Made by a program: the position numbers and the translations under genes. Positions 50,513 through 62,734 of a DNA stretch of 64,000 nt are shown here, one piece after another. The stretch's first letter is position 1. Each line of letters opens with the position of its first letter. Below the pieces are notes generated by a model. It searched no databases. It saw only the letters and a list, made by a program, of their open reading frames with translations, and was not told the origin of the DNA. The stretch is from Octopus sinensis (Eukaryota), in contig NC_043020.1 of NCBI RefSeq assembly GCF_006345805.1, forward strand, positions 24,800,001-24,864,000, read 5' to 3'.

Positions 50513-51300
50513 CCTTTCTACAAAAAGGCACAAGGCCTTAAATTTGCGGATAAGGGACTAGTCAGTTATATGGACCCTGAAAGGAAGAAAAGTGAAGTCG
50601 ACCTTGGTGGATTTTGAACTCAAAACGTAAAAACAGAGGAAACACCACTGAACAGTTTCCCCGGCGCGCTAACCATTCTGCCACAGTTCACCGTTTTCAA
50701 CAGGAAATATTGTTCTTTCGAACATTCCAAGTCGGTGGAATCGGTGGAAAAGAATAACTTTAAGTAATTGTTCAGTGTCTTTACGTTCTGAGTTCAAATC
50801 ATATCGAAGTCAGCTTTGCCCGTCATCATTTTCGGGGGTCGATAAAATCGAACAGTAGTCGAACAATGGAGCTCGTGATACCGTTTAATCGATTCCCATC
50901 AAAATCACTTCATTTGTGCCAAAATTAGACACCGCTGAGTTCCGACTCGTTACCTTCTGAGTTCAAAACCCACTGGGGCATCATTTCGAGGGCAATGAAA
51001 TAATGTCCCAGTCAAGTACTAGGGTGATAAGTATCGCATAACTCTCTTCCCCTAGCACTGCTGGCATTGTGCCAAAATTTGAAACCATTATTACCACGGT
51101 GAGCTGGTAGAATCGTTATCTCTCCGGACAAAGTGCTAAACTGCATTTCTTTCGGGTTTTTTTTTAATGTTCTGAATTCAAATTCTGACATGGTCGGCTT
51201 CAGAAGTCGATAAAATAAAATACCAGTTATGTATTGGGGTCGATATATTCCACGAACCCTCTCCCTCTAAAATTGCTAGCCTTGTGCCAAAATTTGAAGA
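50275..51300. mobile_element. Five SINE family B copies: two on minus (50275-50680), three on plus (50745-51300)
   Basis: Repeated family B blocks (ggcacaaggcc, gtcgacctcggc, tttgaactca / ttctgagttcaaa, ccttgtgccaaaa). Confidence 0.75.
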
Positions 51301-51477
51301 TTATCCTTATTTAGTTCCCGGTCCCGACAAATTTAACGCCATTCCAAACATGACCATCTGATCATAGTATATCTCATAGTATATCGAAAACATTTTCTGC
51401 TGTTGCTATTTATGACTTCAATGTGTAATTTAAAGGAAAAGTACCTGCTATTTCTAGCACATCCACGACTAACAAGT

Positions 51478-51868
51478 CTTTTATACTTATTTGACTGTGG
51501 CCATGCGTGAGCACAGTCTTAAAGGGTTTTAGTCGAACAAACCGATCGCGGACGTATTTTTTGAATCCTAGTACTTATTCTATCGGTGTCTTTGGCCGAA
51601 TTGCCAAGTTACGGCGGTATGAACACACCCACACTGGTTGTCAAGCGGTGATGAGGGACAAACAAACTCAAAAACACACATACACATGCACACACACACA
51701 CACACACAATGGGCTTCTTACAGTTTCTGTCTGCCAAATCCACTCGCAAGGTTTTGGTTGACCTGAGGCTATAGGGGAAGACATTTGCCCAAAGTACCAT
51801 GCAGTGGGACTGAATCCGGAACAATACGGCTAGGACGCAAGCTTCTTACCATACAGCCACGCCTGCGA
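51478..51868 (-). mobile_element. SINE family A
   Basis: ttgactgtggccatgcgtgagcacag ... catttgcccaaagtaccatgcagtgggactgaatcc ... gcttcttaccatacagccacgcctgcg. Confidence 0.85.
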
Positions 51869-53753
51869 TGTCTAGCAGCTCAAACGACCATGCAGATGTG
51901 GTCTCATTTTGTTTTGATATTATAGATGCTAGAAGATATGGTTTGAACTACCTGCTACTTCTAGCAAGTTAAGCGACTGTATAGAGACACATACCGAGTG
52001 TGCTTTACGGAGATTTAGCTGTTCCTTCTAGTGGCGTTTAGAAGCATTCCTCACATGTACGCTATTTTAGTTTTGTTGCTCTTTCTAGCAGGTCTAATGA
52101 CCATTTAAAGCCCTTCTTTTAGGGGCATTTACGTTACAGTGGAAATTATTTTAAACAACTCCAAATGTGACACCGAAACTATTTTTCAGGTGGGCATTGA
52201 ATTGAATGTGACTGCTATTTCTACCGATGGCAAAGACCACTCGACAGTGACAATTCCTGTAGATTTGGTTATTAATTCTAAATCGTCCAACGCGTGCCTA
52301 TCTGGAGACCACAACACTTCAGACGCGCTTTGATGGAGATTTGGCTGCTATTTCTACCAATTACAGGGGCCAGTAAGAGAGAGAATACAGAGGGAGCATT
52401 CAACCGTGGCTGAAAGTTCCCATTTTCAACCCGCATCACTTCAGATGTATTTTGAAGTTGCCCTGGTTGTTATTTCTAGCAGGTTGTTCTAGGGACCAAC
52501 TAAAGGCCGCTGACTCCCCTACCCCACAACAGGACACTTGTACACCTGTTTTAATTTTAGCTCAATACACAAGTCTTAGTCATTCTCCCCCCCCCTCTCT
52601 CTCTCTTCCATTGAAGCAGGTTCCTGGTCGAAACAATGGCGGTCTACAATTGATTCTCAATGAAACAACTTGTTTTTGCTGTTGTGTTGTTTGCAGACAT
52701 TTTTTTCCTTTCAGCGCTTGTGCGTGAGTATGTGCGTGGGTATATCTATATCTATATATATATCTATATATGTATATATATATATGTATACAAACACATA
52801 CATATATATATACACACACACATGCTTACATACACACACATACATACAACACACACACACACACATATATATACGCACACATATGTCTAAGGCGGGGTTA
52901 GCTTGTGTGTAGGTATGTACCAACTATGAATGTATGTCTTATACGTATGCGTTCGTGAGTGTGTATATATATCTATATGCATGTAATTACACGTACCTAA
53001 CGCGTGTGTGTGTATGTATATATATATATATATATATAATATTGGTAAATGAGTATGTGAACGTATGTATGTGCATATGGTGTGTGTGTGTGTGTGTATG
53101 TGTACGCGTGCGGGCGTGTGTTTGTATGTGCGTATACATAATTAAGGCAAGTGCAGAGTAATCGTTTCTGAATGTTATGAATGCAACCAAAATGGATAGA
53201 AATGGGATGTGGAAACGGCGGCGGCGGCGGCAGCGTTGGTGGCGGGGATCACGGTGAGGGTGTTGGAGGGAATGATGATGATTATAGTGATGATGATTAA
53301 TGTGGCGGGGAGCATTAATGTGATGATGATGGCGTTGTTGTGAAGATGACAATTTTAATGATGATGAAAAGCCAGAGAATGTGTATATATTCAATGTTAT
53401 TCTTTGTCTTAGTGCACATAATATATATATATATATATATATATAATTACAACTGCTCCTTTGCTAAGTTTCCTGTTAAATATCGCATTCCTCACATAGA
53501 TGTGAATCAAGTGATTATATTTTTTGTTTCTCTGGAATGGCAGCAGTCTTGAGACTTTAGCGTTCTCTCTGTGCGTGGCACTGTGATAGTTAAGTCTAGA
53601 GTAACAGAACTATTCTTTCGAGACAAGAATCTCTGCTGGATTCAGCGGCAGCTGAGCAATGCGATACTCGCCATGAAACTCAAGTCGATACATAAATCCG
53701 ATGTCATATGGATGTTATACAGTCATTCCCGTACCTATCTATCTATCTATCTA

Positions 53754-53794
<41 letters not shown>

Positions 53795-53844
53795 TATATA
53801 TATATATATAGATAAGAAAGTTTGTTGGTAAAGCACGTGGGTGA

Positions 53845-54194
53845 ATATATAAGAAATAGTAAAGTGTGAAAAAACGACAGAAGGCTTAAATGTTAAAAAA
53901 TATATATATTGTGTCAAAATGTCTGGAGAATATTGAAAAATTTTTTTTCCTTTCCTTAAAATGACATAATTTTAAAATTTTTAAAGAAATTACCGTTTCG
54001 CGTGTAGCTTTTCAAATTTCTTGTGACCAAGAAATTTGAAAAGCTACACGCGAACCGGTAATTTCTTTAAAATTTTAAATTATGTCATTTTAGGAAAGGA
54101 AAAAAATTTTTCCAATATTCTCCAGACATTTGACACAAATATATATATTTTTTAACATTTAAGCCTTCTGTCGTTTTTTCACACTTTACTATTT

Positions 54195-54203
<9 letters not shown>
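53845..54203. repeat. Near-perfect ~360-bp palindrome (arms ~178 bp, 4-nt loop)
   Basis: 53845-54023 vs 54028-54203 with loop TGAC; differences are mostly homopolymer lengths. Confidence 0.92.
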
Positions 54204-54229
<26 letters not shown>

Positions 54230-55785
54230 CTTCGTATATACTGTCTAATGTGTATCTATTAGTAAGTATTGTGTCGTGTGAGTGTATATAAATATATAAT
54301 CTGTCAAGTGTATGTATAACTATATATATATGTAGTGTTTTGTGTATATCTGTGTTTATACCTGTCATGGTTATATATTTCGAAGTACAGATGATCTGTC
54401 ATGTATGTACATTTATGTATATATATATATAGAGAGAGAGAGAGAGATTCGCGTGTGTATATACAGTTTATTGTGTATGTGTATTTATGTATATGTAGTC
54501 TATCGTCTATATAATCTCTCACGAGTATATATAGTGTTTTGAGTTCGTGCTACAATGATCTGGTCGAAATACCGATCACTGTCGTCCAATCAAGCAGTCA
54601 TACTGGTTAAACCTCAGATCACAGACCAGGAGTCAGTTGACGCGGCGGGGTTCAACAATAAAAGTATTAATCTGTTTTAGTCACAGTTCATACTCCATCA
54701 ATCAGTTCAAAACTAGGCAGATGTATTCGCCTGGCAAGAGAAGAGAGATAACTACATTTGTCTATATGTATGTGTGGATGCGCTGGTTTGTCTTTATGTC
54801 AGCAAGCAACTACATCGATGATGTAATATTCATATATATATAAGCATATATACATAGACACATCTATACACGTGGATATACATACACGCAGTTATATATA
54901 CTTATGCACAAATACAGACATACGTACACAACATGTCTATATATTACGTCATTTAAACGTAGTTATCTAGGCGTGTGTCCCCTACTGTTGGCAGATAAAA
55001 CAGACAATAGCCCCCGTTCTTTCTACAACAGCTGGTTAAAAACCACAAAAGCAATATGGCGCATATATGCGGTGACGGCAGTTTGCTTGACTGCTCTCGA
55101 TAGTGTTCCCGTCAAATATTCAACATGACGTCACACTTACTACAATGTCCCAATATATATCCACACACACACTCTCACCTGTATATACACGCTTGTACAC
55201 AAGTTGTGCATGCGACTGTATAATACACTATACATTCGCTGTATTCTATGTATGTTGGTTAGGCGTTTAACGAGTGTGTTGGCGTATAATTGATGATAAA
55301 TGCTTATCCGGTTGTCTGCTTCTCTGTATAATTATAGTTTTGTCTTGACGAATGTGCGTATGTGTGACCGAATTAAGAATGTCGGCTCAAAACCATGCGG
55401 TTGTAGGTTCGATTCTACTACAGGGTAACTTGATCGAATGTCAAGTTCTCTAAATACAGATCGATTTAATCTTTGTGAATAAATTAGGGTGAAGGAAACT
55501 GTATTATAGGCCATCGAGTGGATGCTATCTTTAGATTAAAAAGGTACGGCTTTGTCACACACAAAGAAAATTATTCTATTCGACAATCGTCTGTGGAATA
55601 CTCAGGCAATTACAAGCTAATGCCATATATAGCCAACTCAGTTGCTCGTACCCTTGATACATTCATCTAAATCGACGGACGCGCCCTCTGGTTACTCTGC
55701 GTAGGTACGTATATGTGCGCATATGTACGTATGGATATATGTATGTGTGTATATGTATGTATATGTATGTATATGTATATGTGTG

Positions 55786-55816
<31 letters not shown>

Positions 55817-56503
55817 ATATGCACGTATGTTTATGTATATAAGCATATGTGTGTGTTGAAGTACATATTCGTGCATTTATGCTGGTGTATCTGTATGCAA
55901 GTCTGTAAAGGTGCGATCGTCTGATAGTGGAATATGCTTGTTTGAGAAGGAGACAGTCTGAAAGTGAGGTGAGGTGTAAACGCACATACAGTCGCACACA
56001 CCATGAAATACACAGAGAAACATGCTAAAACGGTGTTAAATTCCAAATGGAATATATAAAAACCTAATTAAAAAAACATTAAAGAATATGCGTGCATACT
56101 GTGTCTACACACACACACGAATATATATATATATATACATATATATGTCTTTATATTTTTCATGCAATATACAGCTATAAAGATTGAAATTGGGAAAGAA
56201 TGACAGAAAGAAAAGGAATTAAAATAGATTATACAGCAGGATATATATACTTAAATATTCCATTTGTACATGTATGTATGTCTGTATGCAAATATTTCGT
56301 TTGTGCATATATATATATATATATATATATGAGAGCGAGAGAGAGAGATGTATTCCTGTTTGTACATGTGTACGTACCTATATAAACATGTCTAAGTAAA
56401 TATTCCATTATTCCATTTAGGCATGTATGTGTATGAGTGTGTTTGCGTGTATACGAATACTGATATGTGCAATACACACACACACATATATATATATAAG
56501 TAT

Positions 56504-56561
<58 letters not shown>

Positions 56562-56941
56562 GCACACATATGTGTGTCAAACAAACAGATACATAGATAG
56601 GTACAACAACGACGACGCCACAACCATCGTCTCTGACTCCTAAGACAGTTAGCCGCAGCCAAAATCAGAGGAAAACACGTTTGGCACCACTCTACAACTA
56701 CAGCCAATTCTACAACACGAAGGAATCCTCATCTGGCTTTCAAACTAATAGAAACGGTAACCAAATCTATACCAAGTTACACCTTACCGATATTGCAGGA
56801 AACTAACAGGGGTGGTCTTGGTTGGAACGCTGTTGATCAGAGTTCAGTTGGTGCTAAGCAACATCAGCAACATCCTCGCCATAGCACCATCTTGAGACAA
56901 CGTCTCATCCATTTAATATAGATTACATCTGTCACGTGTGC

Positions 56942-56978
<37 letters not shown>

Positions 56979-57934
56979 GTGTGTGTGTGTGTGTGTGTGT
57001 GTTATGCATGTAAATCTTTGCCTGAGTGAGTGATTGTATAAGTAAATGTGTGCGTGTATATGCGTCAAAATGTGAATGGTTCAACGTGTTTACGTGTGTG
57101 TGTGTGTGTGTGATCGTTCAGTAAGGCTTTACCTAACTGACAAACATTTGGTTTCAATTAATATCCATTGAGACAAACATCAACAAAATATGAAATATCT
57201 CTTAGGTTTCAAATATAGCGCTTAATAATCCATCATGGCGAACATTTTTAATTGCTGTGTTCAGAGTTTACTTGTCTAATCATTATTTATCTACGTGTGT
57301 GTTTCATTACGTGTGTTTGTATGTCTATGCGTAAGAGTGAGTTTATTGTTGTGTATACATGTGGAATTATGTATCCTGTGTGCAGGTGTATTCGCAAGCA
57401 GAATAAATAACTAATATCTTGCTAATAGTAGCGATGGCTGAGGAGGTAACAGCAAATGACAATTTGGAATGACAAGAATTATTCAAAGAGATCAATAAAT
57501 TAACCAATAAAAATATATAGCAGTTTCGATATAATGTACACGAAGACAAGAACGAAAGTAGAACACACACTCCTTCACAACGTCAGTATAGACATCAACT
57601 AAACAGCAATTTAGTGAAACCGGATATAATAACGAAATCTGTGAAAAGAGGAAGTAAAAATAATGTATTGTCCAATGAAAAGTGACTATGTGACAATAGA
57701 TAAGAAGACGCTATCGTCAGCAAATCCAACAATGAAAATGAATAACAATCTAGAGAAACCGGATATAGATTAATGCAATCTACCACTGGAGGAAAAAAAA
57801 ACAGGAGAATTTACTGACAGAAAGCGATAACATGAAGAAAAATATAGCAGCTAAATAATTGATACACAGAAGAACGATTCTGCATGCAAATATATAGAGC
57901 AAGCTTCAATTAACTGATCAACCCACAAATTTTA

Positions 57935-57974
<40 letters not shown>

Positions 57975-59212
57975 AGGAAAACGAAAATACTCGCGTGAAA
58001 GATCGCAGAAGCATGAAACTTGAACGTCAGGTTAGAGTAAACAATATACTCCACAAACTGTATAATCGCATATGCGCGCGCACGCACGCACGCACACACA
58101 GACACACACACACACACACACACATTCAAATGTTTCAGACTCCAAAGAGGCTGGTGTTGTCTGCGATGGAGTAAAATCCGAAAAAAAAATACAGTGAACA
58201 CGCCGTGACGCGAGGAAAGATCTAACGTTTTGGACAGAGTCCTCCTTCAGCTTCTCGTTGAAGAAGGACACTGTCCGAAATGTTGGATTTTCCACTCCTC
58301 GTGAAAAGTTCGCCATGTTTTTATCGATTTTACAACAGATACATACACACACGTGCGCGCACACTGATGTAATTTGCACTCGTCTCCACTTTGTACATTC
58401 AACCGTACTTCTACCTACCTGTACGTGTGCATCCATACATACATATATATTTAAATTTATACACACACACTGGTGAGTGTATATAGATACATACATATGT
58501 ACGTGAAGATAGGTAGGTAGGTAGGTAGGTATGTAGGTAGGTATGTGTGTGTGTGTGTGTGTTTGTATGTGTGTGTGTAAGCACACCCTAACTTGACGTC
58601 AGCAGAGATGTTGTATCCTTGCGGGGTAAGAACATCGTATTCATCTAAAAAGAAAACAGCAAAGCTTACGAGAAAATCAAGAGCGATGGGTGGGGGGAGC
58701 ACACTGAATTGCGAGGCTTTGAGACAAACATTTGAAAATAAATACTCGTACACATACCTAATAGAAGTAGTGAAAGTGAGAGAGGAGGGAGAGCAAGAGG
58801 AGAGAGCGGGGGAGAGAGGAGGAGAAATAGATCGATTGAGGTGTTTTGTATTAAGTGGAGACATTTTCTATTTGAGTTTGCTGTAACCTTCCTCAGTTCT
58901 TGCACCAGTTACGAACAGACAACAATGGGTGGAAAGATAGATAGGTGGATAGACATAGCTGGGTAGATAGAGAAAACAGAGGTAAACAGAAGAAAGGAAA
59001 AAAGGACGACAGAGGACAAGATAAGGAAAGAAAGAGTAGTATTTTGAAGGAGGATATATGTGGCATAAACCTTGAAGCCTGACAGCCATCCTTGTGCTTT
59101 CTCTATCAGCACCATTTATAAATAAGAGAGAGAAAGTCCTTAGGCATTGCAAGACACTGATTCGTCCTTGACCTTTTCTTACTATTTCCAACGTTTATTC
59201 CCAAGTAACAAT

Positions 59213-59245
<33 letters not shown>

Positions 59246-59689
59246 GAAAGAGAGAGTGGGAGGAAGAAAGAAAGAGCAAGAGCATAACTAATCTATCTTA
59301 AGATAAGGCGCTGATTCTTCCTTGTTTATTCTTTGTCACTATCTCAGTGTCTCACACATAACTCGATAAGAGCGGTTACCTCAGGCTGAAGCACAAACCC
59401 TCTATGGATTCTTGCAACTTTACACAAACACACACATTCTATATAAACGTATAGAATGTGTCTATGTGTATGCATGCTTATATATGCACATATGTTTATA
59501 AGAAAATACTGGTATCTACACCCAGGTAACAGTGGTACTAGGCATAGCAGCAGTCGTCGTAGAATGCATTTTGTATTATGTTACCAATGATAAAATTGTG
59601 TAGAGTCTTCAGATATTTGTAGGGCAAAGAATTTGCGTGTGTGTTTGTGTTTGACTCTATCAGTTATTCCAGGTGTGTATATGTACCTA

Positions 59690-59920
59690 TTTCTTTATTA
59701 CCCACAAGGGGCCAAACACAGAGGAGACAAACATGGACAGACACAGGTATTAAGTCAATTATATCGACCCCAGTGCTTAACTGGTACTTACTTAATCGAC
59801 CCCGAAAGGATGAAAGGTAAAGTCGACCTCGGCGGAATTTGAACTCAGAACGTAGGGGCAGACGAAATACTGCTAAGCATTTCGCCCAGCGTGCTAACGT
59901 TTCTGCCAGCTCGCCGCCCT
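59690..59920 (-). mobile_element. SINE family B variant, well conserved
   Basis: ttaatcgaccccgaaaggatgaaaggtaaagtcgacctcggcggaatttgaactcagaacg...gctaacgtttctgccagctcgccgcc. Confidence 0.85.
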
Positions 59921-60183
59921 GGGTGTGTATATGTACCGACAGAATCACACTGGCACACATATAAAGATTTGATTTATGCAAAAAAAAAGCCGGCAATTTT
60001 GAGCGAAAGTGGTTAACTGATACGATCAACGCACGCGAAGGGGCTATATTTTATCGAACCCTTAGGAATTAAAGACAAAACAGGATTTGAACGTAAACAG
60101 CTGGAATAAATATTGTAAAGAATTTTTTTCCCAACGCATTAATATTTCTACCAATCCATCGGTCTTATACACACACACACCCC

Positions 60184-60406
60184 TATGAGGGGGCGCTAAA
60201 AAGTTTCTGGCTTTAAGACTATCACAAAAGACCTGGTTGGAGGCCCAACCTTGCGAGTTCTTTTACAGAGCTTAGAAAAACTGAATAACTACTGCAATAA
60301 GTGTGTGAATCTGAGAGGGGAATATGTTGAATAAACTCCTAATTAACTGATCCTCCAGTATTTTCTTTTACCCAAATCCAGGAACTTTTCAGCACCCCAC
60401 CTCGTA
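60184..60406 (+). mobile_element. Mariner-derived MITE retaining the transposase C-terminal tip
   Basis: TIRs ta(t)gagggggcgctaaaaagtttctgg / ccaggaacttttcagcaccccacctcgta. Internal LEKLNNYCNKCVNLRGEYVE* resembles the mariner C-terminal KCV.L.G.YVE motif. Confidence 0.75.
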
Positions 60407-61244
60407 TATGTACAATGAAGATATCGAGTATTGGCAGTATACTGTAGATATGCAAGTAACAAATCCAGTTTAAGCCGCTTGCATTGGATTTGGTGCATAT
60501 CTACAGCTTCCTACGAACACTTGATACCTTCGTTATTATTTGCCTCACTGTGAACTGTTATCGTACCTAGCCATTTCTGGCGCCCTCCGTGTTCATGTGC
60601 CTAGGTTCTATTGAATCCTCATAACTAATCTTATAATTAATTCTGCTTGTCACTTCGTTACTTGGCCCGTCTGCAACGCTTTCCCGTGATTAGCTGAAGG
60701 GGAGGATGGAGAGGATGTGGTGTGTGAAATATGTATTTTTTAAACTAATTTTTGCCGTTATTTAACCTGTCTGTAACGCTTTCACGTGATTAGTTGAAAG
60801 GGAAAGGATGGGAGGGAGGGGAAATGGATTGGAGAAAGGAGTGACATGGGAGAGGGGCAGACAGAGGGAGGAGTAGACAGGGCTGAGAGGGAGAGGATGT
60901 GATGTGTGTGAAATGTGTAACTTTTTTACTCTGTTACTTAGCCCGTCTGTAACGCTTTCATGCGAGTAGTTGAAAAAAAAAGTGAAGAGCGAAAGAAAAT
61001 GGAGAGAAAAAGAGGGTTGGCGAAGAGGGAGAGTGCTATGTACTGAGTCTATAAAATTGTGCATTAAGTAATCATCATATACCAATTTACTTTTCAATGA
61101 TTAGCGACCATCTTTTGATACAGACACAACACAGGTTATGCTTTCAGGTTTTTTAGATAAAGTTTTCAAACATAACCCAATAAGTTTACCATTAATTCTG
61201 TGAAATATTCACGGGTCCCGCTTCTTTATAAATAACGAGCCTCC

Positions 61245-61905
61245 ACAGTTTTCCGCCACAGAAATCTGCTCCAAAGGCATTGCTCGGTCCGCGACAATAG
61301 CAGAAGATATTTGCCCAAGGTGCAACGCAGTGGGACTGAAACCGAAACAACACAAGCTTGTTAACCACACATCCATACGTGTATACTCGTGCAGGACGTA
61401 CATTTAAAACGGACCCACCCCTATCACCGAAAATATGTACAGCCATATTTACACTTTTGAAGACATACGCATGTGTTCTACAAAAAATACACCAACTCAT
61501 TCAAAAGTTAAAGATACACATCTGAATATGGCTGTGTGGTAAGAAGCTTGCTTCCCAACCACATGATTCTAGGTTCAGTCCCACTGCGTGTCACCTAGGA
61601 TAGGTGTCTTGTACTATAGCCTTGGGTCTTGTGAGTGGATCTGGTAGACAAAAAACTGAAAGAAGCCCGTCGTATATATACGTAGATGTATAATTTGTGC
61701 GGGTGTGTGTGTGTGCTTCTCGCCCCACCACCGCTTGACAACCGATGCTGGTGTGTTTACGTCCCCGTAACTCAGCGGTTCGGCAAATAGAATAAGTACT
61801 AGGCTTACAAAGAGTAAGTCCTGGGGTCGATTTATTCGATCAAAAACCTCCTTCAAGGCGGTGCTCCAGCACGGCCACAGTCAAATGACTGACGAAAGAA
61901 AAAGA
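61245..61905. mobile_element. SINE family A: minus-strand head fragment (61245-61380) and full plus-strand copy (61529-61905)
   Basis: ttgcccaaggtgcaacgcagtgggactgaa (minus); ggctgtgtggtaagaagcttgcttcccaaccac...ggcggtgctccagcacggccacagtcaaatgactg (plus). Confidence 0.85.
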
Positions 61906-62189
61906 ATACATACACACCCGTGTATAAGTGTATTTGGATGCTTGAAGCACGTGTGCATCACCAGTAGCACACACATACACACACACATACATACATACAT
62001 ACACACATACAAACACACACATACACAAACACACAAATATGTGGATACATTTAAGAGTTTAAAACAAACGCAAGCATACGCACGTGTATGCTTGGTCATA
62101 CAATGGTAGAAATGTGTTTCGTCTTGATACAGTTGCTGGTTACAAGGCTGTGACGATGATGGACATGATATAATCGGATGATGATATAA

Positions 62190-62210
62190 GCAAGCAGTAG
62201 CAGCAGCAGC

Positions 62211-62258
<48 letters not shown>

Positions 62259-62424
62259 TTTTATTGTTTTTAATATTATGTAGGGGGTGGTGTTGATGTT
62301 TACGGGGTTCCTTGCGATAGTTGTTCGCTGCTTACTCTTCAGATGCAAAGTTTAAAGGTGAAACGTCTTTTGCATAACATGTTTTCGTTCCCAGCAACTA
62401 GTAGTAGTGGTAGTAGTAGTAGTG

Positions 62425-62468
<44 letters not shown>

Positions 62469-62490
62469 GGTGGTGGTGGTCGTCGTCGTC
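62190..62490. repeat. (GCA)/(GTA)/(GTG)n triplet repeats
   Basis: Seen directly; source of the poly-T/S/G/H/Y ORFs. Confidence 0.9.
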
Positions 62491-62618
62491 ACTTTGAATA
62501 CAACAAAAGAAAGCGTATTGGGCGGGTGGGTGTAAATTGCGAGGGTTTTTAACCTTTAAACTATAGGAAGGCATCCTCTCATTATTCGCCCGAAAAACAC
62601 CATCGCCATACGGCAACA

Positions 62619-62652
<34 letters not shown>

Positions 62653-62703
62653 TAAAAGAGATACAAAAGAGAAGGGAGAAAGAAAATGAAGGAAACTAGA
62701 CAA

Positions 62704-62734
<31 letters not shown>

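Noticed and set aside
52139-52333. IELNVTAISTDGKDHSTVTIPV resembles a cadherin-repeat beta-strand, with an acceptor-like tttttcag upstream
   Set aside because: The key residues are encoded by a copy of the local GCTGCTATTTCTA...GACCAC repeat motif; no PE, DRE or DxND motifs and no good donor.
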